This document shows, one piece after another, positions 17,654 through 25,360 of a stretch of DNA of 35,518 nucleotides. Position 1 is the first letter of the stretch, and each line of letters opens with the position of its first letter. The notes under the pieces were generated by a model. The model was not told the DNA's origin and made no database searches. It saw only the letters and a program-made list of their open reading frames with translations. This DNA is from an uncultured Phycisphaeraceae bacterium. Its GTDB lineage: Bacteria; Planctomycetota; Phycisphaerae; Phycisphaerales; UBA1924. The stretch is from assembly GCA_964605165.1 (NCBI GenBank), contig CAZSBR010000004.1, positions 1 through 35,518 of the forward strand, in the 5' to 3' direction. A program made the translations under genes and the position numbers.

Positions 17654-17683
17654 GCAAATGCCGGCGGTTGTCTACGCTTGGCC

Positions 17684-18304
17684 ATGGTCCGATCGGATTT
17701 TCTCCAGGCCGCTGTCACGATCATTGCGATCATGAACCCGATCGGAACCGCGCCGATCTTTCAGAACATGGTCTCGCAACTCGAGCCCCACCGACAACGC
17801 GTCGCTGCGGTCTACGCGTGCGTGTTCATCGCATCCATCCTGATTGCAACTGCCTTCGCCGGGCGCATGGTGCTCGACCTCTTCGGCATCTCCATCGATG
17901 CGTTCCGCGCCGCCGGCGGGGTCGTCATCGGCGTGATGGGCTACCAGATGCTTCGAGGTGCAAAGTCAGCCGAGCACGAGCGCCTTGCTGATGAGAAGGC
18001 CATCCGCGAGAACCTGCTCGTCCCCTTTGCGATGCCCCTTGTCGCCGGCCCGGGCACCATTACCACCATCATCACACTCGCGCTGAGCCACACGACCTAC
18101 GGCGTGCCGTGGACCGCGCTCTTTGCCATCGGTGTGGGCGTGCTCGTGACCGCTGCCTGCCTGTTCACCATTCTCGCTGTCGGCAAGTACTTCTCGGTGG
18201 ACGCTCAGCGGATCTTCACCCGGTTCATGGGTCTGATCCTGATGGCGATGGGCATGGAGTTTCTGCTCAGGGGCATCGCGGCATTCTTCGCCTCATCGCC
18301 CTAG
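17684..18304 (+). CDS. MarC-family (UPF0056/NAAT) integral membrane protein
   Basis: FLQAAVTIIAIMNPIGTAPIF... and ...LVPFAMPLVAGPGTITT... are the two MarC-family signature regions. ATG at 17684. Confidence 0.85.
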   Translation: MVRSDFLQAAVTIIAIMNPIGTAPIFQNMVSQLEPHRQRVAAVYACVFIASILIATAFAGRMVLDLFGISIDAFRAAGGVVIGVMGYQMLRGAKSAEHERLADEKAIRENLLVPFAMPLVAGPGTITTIITLALSHTTYGVPWTALFAIGVGVLVTAACLFTILAVGKYFSVDAQRIFTRFMGLILMAMGMEFLLRGIAAFFASSP

Positions 18305-18316
18305 AGCAAACGTTCG

Positions 18317-19297
18317 TCACCGCTGCTGAGCCGCAGCACGCTCCTGCTCGGGCAGCGCCCCGGGACCTGTGCCGTAGGGGTCGGCGTCGATCAGTTCAGC
18401 GCTCTGGAGCACCGGCGGGTTGGTGGGCCGGTCGCCTGGTCCAACGGGCGTAGCCGCAATCGCGCGAATGACCTCCGCGCCGCTGATGGCCTCGCCAAAC
18501 GCCGTGTACCGCCCATCAAGGAAGGCTGTTCCGCTTCGGCTCAGGCAGACGAAGACCTGCGAGCCGTTGGTGTTCGGGTCGTTCGTCCGTGCCATCGAGA
18601 GCACGCCGAAGTCATGCGGCAGCGACGAAGGCTCAAGATCCACCACGTACCCCGGTCCGCCAGCACCTTCACCCGTGGGGTCGCCCACCTGGATCACAAA
18701 GCTGCGGTCGCCGCCCACAACGCGGTGGAAGATGATGTCCGTGTAGAAGCCCCCCTCGACGAGGTGACGGTAGTTGAACGCGGTGTTGGGCGCGATGTCC
18801 GGCCTGAGGCGATACGTGATCTGCCCCTCGCTCGTCGTCCAGCGAACGTACTGGTCGGTGTAAAGCCGGTAGCCACTGAAGATGAGTTGCGGTCGCTGGA
18901 AGCGGGGAGCCTCGCGCGGGTTGGGGGGCTGCACCGCGGTGGATGGCGTGAGCAGCGGCTGGATGACCAGCGCCGGACCGATGGGCTCATCGCCCACAAA
19001 CAACTGGGCGTACACGACCTGCTTGGCCGAATCCTCAGCCCAAAGGCTCGGAAAGAGGCCCGCAAGGTCCAGCGGGCCAGCCGCAGCGGGCGCTCGCTGA
19101 AGCTCATTGGCGGTGCCGGCCTCGAGCAGGGCGATGGAGACATCACCCTCAAGGCCTCCGGGAACCTCCGCGGTCACCGGAATGACCCTGCCGACGCCCA
19201 CGTAGAGCCGATCTGCCATGAGCTGCGCCGCTGCGGGCGTGCTGAGGGCGACCAACACGAGCAGGCAGAGAGCGCTTCGCACTGAGGTGTACATCAT
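18317..19297 (-). CDS. Secreted cyclophilin-type peptidyl-prolyl cis-trans isomerase with an N-terminal extra domain
   Basis: Signal peptide MMYTSVRSALCLLVLVALSTPAAAQ. The C-terminal half carries FHRVV...FVIQVGDP...GVLSMARTNDPNTNGSQVFVCL...LDGRYTAFGE cyclophilin motifs. Confidence 0.9.
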   Translation of the reverse strand: MMYTSVRSALCLLVLVALSTPAAAQLMADRLYVGVGRVIPVTAEVPGGLEGDVSIALLEAGTANELQRAPAAAGPLDLAGLFPSLWAEDSAKQVVYAQLFVGDEPIGPALVIQPLLTPSTAVQPPNPREAPRFQRPQLIFSGYRLYTDQYVRWTTSEGQITYRLRPDIAPNTAFNYRHLVEGGFYTDIIFHRVVGGDRSFVIQVGDPTGEGAGGPGYVVDLEPSSLPHDFGVLSMARTNDPNTNGSQVFVCLSRSGTAFLDGRYTAFGEAISGAEVIRAIAATPVGPGDRPTNPPVLQSAELIDADPYGTGPGALPEQERAAAQQR

Positions 19298-19396
19298 GAG
19301 CAGACGATATCAGGCCCGCGCCGGGTGGGCCGACCTCTGCGCCTGAATTCAAGGGATTGCCCAAGCCTGCAGCCGAGGGATCAGCCAGCCGACGGA

Positions 19397-20272
19397 TCAG
19401 CGTGCGCCGCTGCCGAGCGGGTCGCCGCCGCCGGGCTTGCTTTCCGAACGTGCCGAGGGCCACGACTGCAGCTTCGCCCAGTAATCGTCGTAGAACGCCG
19501 CCTCAACACCCTCCGTCGAACTCATGTCCGAGAGGTTCGCATCGGTCAGCGGGTCGAGAGCGTCGGGCACGTGCGCCAGAAGCTGGCCGCCCGTATCACT
19601 GAGCCAGCCGGTCGACAGATCGGCACGAAGCAACGAGAACCCGTTGTCGTGGTTGAGTTCAATCTGCGAGCGGAAGGTGTCTGCGACCAGAGCTGTGCGG
19701 CTGGGCTGCACGAGGCTGAACTTGGTCACGCCGCTGGCTGACCCGCCGCGGTACTGGTAGTTGCCGACCACCAAGTCGCGGTCCGAGCGCCACGCACGGG
19801 CCATATCGCCGTGCGTGTGCGGTCCGCGGTGCGAGGGGCAATAGAAGAGTTCCTGCGACGGCAGGTAGCCGCTGCTGTAGAGCACGCCCAGGCCATCCCA
19901 CCACGCACCGGACTCAAGGCCCACGTCAAGACGCAGGGCGGTCGAGTTGGCGGGTGTGACATGGATCGAGGTCGAATGGTTCGGCGGCAGGATGTCGAGA
20001 AGATCGACCGACCCCGCCATGATGCTTGGCGGGAGTTGATCGCGGTTTCCGTCGGCATACAGCACCAGCCCCATGCCGATCTGGCGGAGGTTGGAGCCGC
20101 ACACAACTTGCTCGGCGGCGGATCGAACCGATCCCATCGCTGGGAGCATAAGACCGATGAGCGTTGCCATGACTCCAAGGGAGACAAGCACATCGGTCAG
20201 CGTGAAGCCCGAGCGCACGGTCCGCTGGCCTTGCCGAGCGGCTGCGCGAATGTCACGTCTGGCTTGATGCAC
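19397..20272 (-). CDS. DUF1559 / prepilin-type N-terminal cleavage-methylation domain protein
   Basis: SGFTLTDVLVSLGVMATLIGLMLPAMGSVRSAAEQVVCGSNLRQIGMGLVLYA is the type IV pilin-like N-terminus plus DUF1559 core typical of Planctomycetota. There is no ATG. GTG 20272, with GGAG upstream, gives a short basic leader; the ORF is open to TTG 20356. Confidence 0.85.
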   Translation of the reverse strand: MHQARRDIRAAARQGQRTVRSGFTLTDVLVSLGVMATLIGLMLPAMGSVRSAAEQVVCGSNLRQIGMGLVLYADGNRDQLPPSIMAGSVDLLDILPPNHSTSIHVTPANSTALRLDVGLESGAWWDGLGVLYSSGYLPSQELFYCPSHRGPHTHGDMARAWRSDRDLVVGNYQYRGGSASGVTKFSLVQPSRTALVADTFRSQIELNHDNGFSLLRADLSTGWLSDTGGQLLAHVPDALDPLTDANLSDMSSTEGVEAAFYDDYWAKLQSWPSARSESKPGGGDPLGSGAR

Positions 20273-20432
20273 GTACCCCGCTCCGATCTGGCATCTATGA
20301 CCGAGGGCCGAAATCAGCACCGTCGGCACATCTCCTCCAAACTGCGTATTCGGCAAGCCTACCGGGCCATGAATCCCGTTACAAGAGGCGAAGCAGGCCC
20401 CGACGCGTCTTGGCGAATTCTCGGACCTTTAA

Positions 20433-20458
20433 CCAACTCTTTTACACACCCGCACGTC
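20433..20458 (+). promoter_or_regulatory. Candidate ECF-type autoregulated promoter
   Basis: CCAAC (20433-20437), 17 nt, then CGTC (20455-20458), about 80 nt upstream of the ECF sigma start. This resembles the GGAAC-N16/17-CGTC architecture. Confidence 0.25.
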
Positions 20459-20537
20459 CGGATATTCCATGCCCGCTGCAGCCAGGTGGTTGGCGGGCAC
20501 GGGCATTCCCTCGTGACGCTCTGGCTGCAGTTTGGCT

Positions 20538-21128
20538 ATGGTCGTGCCGTTCATGACCTCAGAGGCTCCCAAGAACGTGGATCTGGATCTGATGCAACGT
20601 GTTGCATCGGGCGATGCTGGAGCCGTCGAGGAGCTCTACGACAGGTTCAGCTCGCTCGTTTTCCGCATGTCGATGCAGTCGATGCCCACGCGTGCGGAGG
20701 CTGAGGATGCGGTTCAGGAGGTCTTTGTTCGGTTATGGCGGACGGCTGAGCGATACGATCCCGAGCGGGCAGCCCTGGTCACCTGGGTCATGCTCATCAC
20801 ACGCCGTCACCTCGTAGACCGGCTCCGCCGCAAACGGGCTCGCATCCAGAGCACGACGCTCAATGAATCCGCTGGTCACCCCGACGCGGACGCATCCGTT
20901 CCCATCGGCGCCCGTATGGAAGACCGTGAGAAGTACGAGGCGCTGCTCGCCAAGATCGAGTCGCTCCCCGAGTTGCAGCGAACCGTTGTGACACGCACCT
21001 ATCTGGGCGGTCAGACGTTGCGGCAGGTCGGTGAGGAACTCGATGTGCCGCTGGGCACGGTCAAGTCAGCGCTGAGCCGAGCACTTGTTCGGCTTCGAGA
21101 GCGGATGGGTGAGGGCCAGCGGGATTGA
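20538..21128 (+). CDS. ECF (group IV, RpoE-like) RNA polymerase sigma factor
   Basis: Region 2 (AEDAVQEVFVRLWRTAERYDPERAALVTWVMLITRRHLVDRLR) and region 4 HTH (RTVVTRTYLGGQTLRQVGEELDVPLGTVKSALSRA). ATG at 20538; TTG 20532 and ATG 20553 are alternatives. Confidence 0.9.
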   Translation: MVVPFMTSEAPKNVDLDLMQRVASGDAGAVEELYDRFSSLVFRMSMQSMPTRAEAEDAVQEVFVRLWRTAERYDPERAALVTWVMLITRRHLVDRLRRKRARIQSTTLNESAGHPDADASVPIGARMEDREKYEALLAKIESLPELQRTVVTRTYLGGQTLRQVGEELDVPLGTVKSALSRALVRLRERMGEGQRD

Positions 21129-21227
21129 GCCTCGCCCTCGCACGTTGGTTCGGTGCTGCAGACTTGCGTCTGGGCATCGGATCTGACTGAGCAACGGCGT
21201 CGAGAGACGCAAGAGGGTTTGAGTCCG

Positions 21228-22115
21228 ATGGCGATCACACAACCGGCAACTACACAAGAACTGCTCGAACTCGCGCTGCTGGACGCACACGGTCTGCTGA
21301 CCGAAGCCGAAGCATCCCAGTTCGAGCGCGACATCGAGCAAGCCTCAGCAGCGGTGCGCACGCAGGTCTGCTTCGAGCAGGATCGGCTCATGCGCTCCGA
21401 GCTTGCCGACCTCGATGTCCTTTCGAGCGAGAAGCCCACGCCCGAGCTGCGCACGCGAGTGATCGAGGCGGTGCGGGCCGATCAGCGCGCGCGGTTGGCA
21501 GCAGCTGAGTCGGCGCCAGCGCTGCGCCTCCACGCCGCCGAAGCCCACCGTGAGCAGACCCCCGCGCTTCCCAGGCGTGGCCGTCGCATTCAACCGGTCG
21601 CCGTGTGGCGTGCCGCGGCGCTCGCCTTCGCTGCTGCCGCGGTCGTCTTCGGGTGGAGCACCTTCCAGATGCGCACCGAATACGCCCAGCTTGCGCAGGC
21701 ACAGGCAGATGATGCGCTCTTCGAGTCGCTCGCTCGGGAGTTCGGCCGCCAGTTCGTCGTCGATGCGCTCGTCGATCCCGATACCCAGCGGCACTTCCTC
21801 CGGCCCGTTGCCGGTCCCGAGCGTCAGGTGAAGGCCGAGGCTGCTGTGTGGGTCAACCCCAACTGGGAGTCGGCTCGCTTCTTCGCCGTCAGCCTGCCCG
21901 CGACCAAGCCCGGCACGACCTACCGCCTTGCGGTCCTCGATGAAGATGGCAAGCCCGTCAAGGATGTCCTCCGGTTCGAGTTCGCGGGCCAACTCGTCAA
22001 CCGCGAAATCAAGCTCGATGTGACCATCGAGAACCCAGTGCTCGGCATCGTGAGCAACGCAGGGGCGGGTGAAGACGAGATCCTCCTGATCTCCAATCAA
22101 GACACCGGTCTCTGA
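21228..22115 (+). CDS. Putative anti-sigma factor (RskA-like, single-pass, no zinc motif)
   Basis: It lies immediately downstream of the ECF sigma gene. N-terminal ELLELALLDAHGLLTEAEASQFE resembles an anti-sigma N-domain without HxxxCxxC. It has a central TM helix (VWRAAALAFAAAAVVFGW) and a C-terminal extracytoplasmic domain. Confidence 0.65.
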   Translation: MAITQPATTQELLELALLDAHGLLTEAEASQFERDIEQASAAVRTQVCFEQDRLMRSELADLDVLSSEKPTPELRTRVIEAVRADQRARLAAAESAPALRLHAAEAHREQTPALPRRGRRIQPVAVWRAAALAFAAAAVVFGWSTFQMRTEYAQLAQAQADDALFESLAREFGRQFVVDALVDPDTQRHFLRPVAGPERQVKAEAAVWVNPNWESARFFAVSLPATKPGTTYRLAVLDEDGKPVKDVLRFEFAGQLVNREIKLDVTIENPVLGIVSNAGAGEDEILLISNQDTGL

Positions 22116-22221
22116 TCTCTCGCCGAAGCCATAGGTCCACAGGCACTATCACCAGCAGGACGCCGTCACATGGTTGGCGGCTCATGGTGTGCGCAGTGAG
22201 ACCTCAGCCCGCTCGGTCGTC

Positions 22222-24054
22222 TCAGCCGCGCGGTGCGCGGCGGGCGACATCTGGCACCGGGTCCATCCACCTCGCCTCGCTCAGGATCTCGTCGAGTCGG
22301 CTCGACTGCTCGTAGCGAGAGCGCACACGCGCCATCGCACGCCAGAGCCCGAACCAGAGCAGGGCAGCAACCGATGCTGCAGCCGCAAGGCCAATGCCCG
22401 CATACCTGGGGCGTGGGTCTTCGATCGGCGCAGGGTTCGTCACGGGTTCCTGCTCGATCGCGGTCGAGAGGCCATCGCGCCGCCTGGGCCGGGATTCGTT
22501 GGCCTCGGCGACCAATGCGGTGATGTAGGTCTCAAGCCATCGCTTGGACCTGGCCTTGCCCTCGCCCACCACCTCGATCTCGAGCCGACCGGGCTGCGTG
22601 CTGCGATGAATCACGCGTTCTTCGACCATCGTGCGCACCGCGGCGACGGCGCCATCATCGGTCATGCCGCGGCGTTGCAATCGCGCAGCCACACGCTCGA
22701 TCAGCCGGGGATGGTCGAGCAAACCGACGTGGAACTCCGTCCACGCCTCGACGTCACCCACACCGGGTGCGATCTCCTCGGCAGCGAGCACCGCGGTGGA
22801 CGAGAAACTCGCGGGCGCCATGCGCCCAGCGATGAGCCATGAGCCTCCCGCCAGCACGCTGAGTGTTACGAGCCACGCGGTCAACTGAACGATGCTCGAC
22901 GAGCGGGCCTTGGAGCTTTCCACACGTTCGTGCAACACATCCAGCGCGCGCTTGGCCGCAGCCAGTTCGCGCCGCTGCTGCAAGAGCAGGTCACACTGCT
23001 CGACCCGCTGCTGAAGGACCTCGCCCGCTCGGCGAAGCTTGCGGGCCCGCACGCCCAGCGCCGAGCGCACGTTGGCGAGCCTGCGCATGCGGCTGGCGAC
23101 TCTGGTCGGGGCCATGGGGCGACCGCTGGTGTTCGTCGGGGTTGCGCTCGCGATCTTCTTGTTCAGCTCGGCGTTCTGTGCGCGCAGCTCGTCGCGCTGC
23201 TCGGTGATCTCGTCGATCCGGCTTGTGACAAGTTCGAGCTCGATGCGGAGCCGGTCGCGGTCCTGGGCCGCCTGTTCGACACGAGCGGAAAGCTCGCGGA
23301 CATCACTGCCCTGCTCGCTGCGTGCGCTGTCGAGCTCGGTCCGCAGGCGATCGGCGCGGCTCTGGGCCGAGGCCAGATCCCGTGCAGCCTCGTCGCGCTG
23401 CCGGGCGAGTTCCTCGGCCTTGGTTTCCGCATCAGCGATCTGAGCCCGTGCACGATTGAGCTCTTCACGGCTCTGGGCGAGCGTTTCGTCGACGGTCGTC
23501 TGGTGGGCCTGCCGTTCGGCTTCGATGGCCTGTTGCTGCTCGTCAGCGAGCTTCGTGAGTCGGTTCAATTCATCCCGCTGGGCTTCGTGTTCTGCAGCAA
23601 GCTGCGTCACGCGCTCCTCGAGATCGGTCCGCTTCTGCGTTTGCTCAGCGAGCTCGTCGCGCGCCTGCTGAACGTCCGCTCGGGCTTGCGTGAGTTCCGC
23701 ATCCAGAGCTGCGATCCGGTCGTCGAGGCCCCCTCGCTGCTCGGCCTGCGCTTCGAGGTGCTCGCGAGCCTGCTGGAGTTCCGCTTCGAGCTGATGGACG
23801 CGCTGCTCGAGCGCTGCTCGCTCCTGGGTCTGGGTTTCGAACTGGGCGCGGGCCTGCTCAAGCTCTGCTCTTGTGCTGGCGAGCTGGGCATCGCGCTCCT
23901 GCAATTCGACAGCAAGGGCCTTGCGCTGGGTATCGGCCTCCTTGAGCCGAAGGAGTTGATTCTCCACGTCCGCGATGATGCGCGTGACATCCTGCTCGGG
24001 ACCGCTCCCGCCTGACGGCTGCGACACTTGGTCCTGGGCGGGCTTGGGGTTCAC
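22222..24054 (-). CDS. Membrane protein with a long N-terminal coiled coil and a C-terminal TM / Wzz-like domain / TM module
   Basis: About 300 aa of E/Q/R/A/L-rich coiled coil, then TM1 (LTAWLVTLSVLAGGSWLIAG). A segment of about 140 aa follows with PCP/Wzz-like stretches (HPRLIERVAARL..., RLEIEVVGEGKARSKRWLETYITALVAEANE), then TM2 (YAGIGLAAAASVAALLWFGLW). The start is GTG 24054, and there is no in-frame ATG for about 320 codons. Confidence 0.75.
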   Translation of the reverse strand: MNPKPAQDQVSQPSGGSGPEQDVTRIIADVENQLLRLKEADTQRKALAVELQERDAQLASTRAELEQARAQFETQTQERAALEQRVHQLEAELQQAREHLEAQAEQRGGLDDRIAALDAELTQARADVQQARDELAEQTQKRTDLEERVTQLAAEHEAQRDELNRLTKLADEQQQAIEAERQAHQTTVDETLAQSREELNRARAQIADAETKAEELARQRDEAARDLASAQSRADRLRTELDSARSEQGSDVRELSARVEQAAQDRDRLRIELELVTSRIDEITEQRDELRAQNAELNKKIASATPTNTSGRPMAPTRVASRMRRLANVRSALGVRARKLRRAGEVLQQRVEQCDLLLQQRRELAAAKRALDVLHERVESSKARSSSIVQLTAWLVTLSVLAGGSWLIAGRMAPASFSSTAVLAAEEIAPGVGDVEAWTEFHVGLLDHPRLIERVAARLQRRGMTDDGAVAAVRTMVEERVIHRSTQPGRLEIEVVGEGKARSKRWLETYITALVAEANESRPRRRDGLSTAIEQEPVTNPAPIEDPRPRYAGIGLAAAASVAALLWFGLWRAMARVRSRYEQSSRLDEILSEARWMDPVPDVARRAPRG

Positions 24055-24312
24055 GGCCGATGGGCTCCCTCAATCGATCGGTTGGCGGCGGTGAGCACGT
24101 GATGACGACTCTGTTTGGGTACTGGAAGGTCCAAACGGGGTCATCACCCAGCGCAGCCTCCTTCGCACACAGGAGGCAACCGCTTGGGGGGTATCGGCCG
24201 CCGGCAAGCGGGTCTGAAGCTCGTCCGAGAAAGGGATCAACCAACCGTGTGAATCTTGGGCGAGTGGGGGCCGATATACCGGATTCGTGGAATACCGCCG
24301 GCCCAGGTTCGG

Positions 24313-24551
24313 TAGAATGCTGTAACAGGTCGCTCTGTGGGGCGATCGGTTTTGGCGGGCATCGCCCGCCCATCGGCCCAGCGAGCCGATGCTGGCGAAA
24401 GGTCTTCGCCGGTGTCTGTAGCTTGCTGAGCAACGATGGCGGTTGGAGAGAAAGCACAGAGGCGGTCACGAACCGGTCCGCCTCGACAGGTATCGATGGA
24501 CATGAGTTGCCCGCACCCCCAGCGGGCCGGACCCAAAGGAGTATCAGGATC
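24313..24551 (+). promoter_or_regulatory. Candidate -10 element (TAGAAT 24313-24318) and a ~230-nt highly structured 5' leader of the Cys-rich repeat gene
   Basis: Three consecutive perfect hairpins: 24354-24370 (7 bp), 24371-24391 (7 bp) and 24394-24410 (6 bp). An alternative pairing, 24340-24346 with 24361-24367, excludes the first hairpin. A further hairpin at 24509-24527 ends 8 nt before the SD AAGGAG (24536-24541). Confidence 0.35.
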
Positions 24552-25178
24552 ATGAGTCTCACTGCGATTGGTATCGGCAAGCTGGTTTCGTCCGTGGCTG
24601 TTCTGGGTGGCGCCGGGTTCCTCGGCTTCAACCTGATGACCACTGGCTGCGTGCTCGGCATGTCCTGCGACACCGACAAGACCGAGGCCACGACGGCTCT
24701 GGTTTCCACCGAAGCCCCGGCTGCCAGCGACAGCTGCTGCCCGCTCACCGAAGCCGCTGCGACGACCCAGCTTGTTGCAGCCGCTGAGACCGAGCCCTGC
24801 GCCGAGAAGTCTGACTGCGCTGACAAGAGTGACTGCGCGACCAAGAGCGACTGCGGCGCTGAGGCGACCGCTCAGCTCGTCGCCAACACTGAGGCGTGCG
24901 CTGAGAAGAAGGACTGCGCGACCAAGACTGACTGCGGCGCTGAGGCGACCGCCCAGCTTGTCGCCAACACCGAGGCGTGCGCTGAGAAGAGCGACTGCTC
25001 GACCAAGACCGACTGTGGCGCTGAGGCGACCGCTCAGCTCGTTGCCAACACCGAGGCGTGCGCTGAGAAGACTGACTGCAGCGAGAAGAAGGATTGCTCC
25101 GAGCCCTGCAAGACCGAGTGCGAGACCGAGTGCCCCGCACAGGTTGCAGCGACCGAGCCCGCGAGCAGCAACGGCTGA
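24552..25178 (+). CDS. Cysteine-rich tandem-repeat envelope protein (signal-anchored or lipoprotein-like), no recognisable family
   Basis: SD AAGGAG lies 10 nt upstream of ATG 24552. The hydrophobic N-terminus ends in LMTTGC. There are 20 Cys in 208 aa, and three 27-aa repeats CGAEATAQLVANTEACAEKxDCxxKxD. All nucleotide differences in the conserved part of the repeats are synonymous in this frame. A terminator lies downstream. Confidence 0.75.
   Translation: MSLTAIGIGKLVSSVAVLGGAGFLGFNLMTTGCVLGMSCDTDKTEATTALVSTEAPAASDSCCPLTEAAATTQLVAAAETEPCAEKSDCADKSDCATKSDCGAEATAQLVANTEACAEKKDCATKTDCGAEATAQLVANTEACAEKSDCSTKTDCGAEATAQLVANTEACAEKTDCSEKKDCSEPCKTECETECPAQVAATEPASSNG
24852..25094 (+). repeat. 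81-bp tandem repeat x3 (coding), preceded by a degenerate partial copy and followed by a related Cys-rich tail
   Basis: The units are 24852-24932, 24933-25013 and 25014-25094. The first 57 nt of each differ at only five sites, all third-codon positions (gct/gcc, ctc/ctt, act/acc, tgc/tgt, gtc/gtt). Confidence 0.95.
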
Positions 25179-25265
25179 TTGCCACGCGGATCCTGTGTGC
25201 CTCCGACCCGGAGGAAAGGGGTGATTGACACGCCCCGACAACGCAGGAAACAAACATAAGAACGC

Positions 25266-25300
25266 AGGCTCCACCCCCGGGTGGAGCCTCGTTCGCTTTT
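25266..25300 (+). terminator. Rho-independent terminator of the Cys-rich repeat gene
   Basis: AGGCTCCAC (25266-25274) and GTGGAGCCT (25281-25289) form a perfect 9-bp stem with a 6-nt loop, followed by CGTTCGCTTTT. Confidence 0.7.
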
Positions 25301-25360
25301 GCGGCGGGTTTGCTGCGCAGAGCTGGTGAAGACGCGGCGCTTGGTCGCTACCCTCGGCCC

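Noticed and set aside
24060-24551. In-frame upstream extension that would make the Cys-repeat protein 372 aa.
   Set aside because: Codon usage in the extension is non-genic for this genome (aga, agg, ata, gta, cga, tca, gga are frequent) and the translation is Trp/Arg/Cys/Gly-rich noise. A strong SD (AAGGAG) precedes ATG 24552, where a hydrophobic signal-like N-terminus begins.
24852-25094. 81-bp tandem repeats considered as a CRISPR-like or non-coding satellite array.
   Set aside because: The units are contiguous with no spacers, in frame within an ORF that has an SD and a terminator. Their differences are synonymous third-position changes, so this is a coding repeat.
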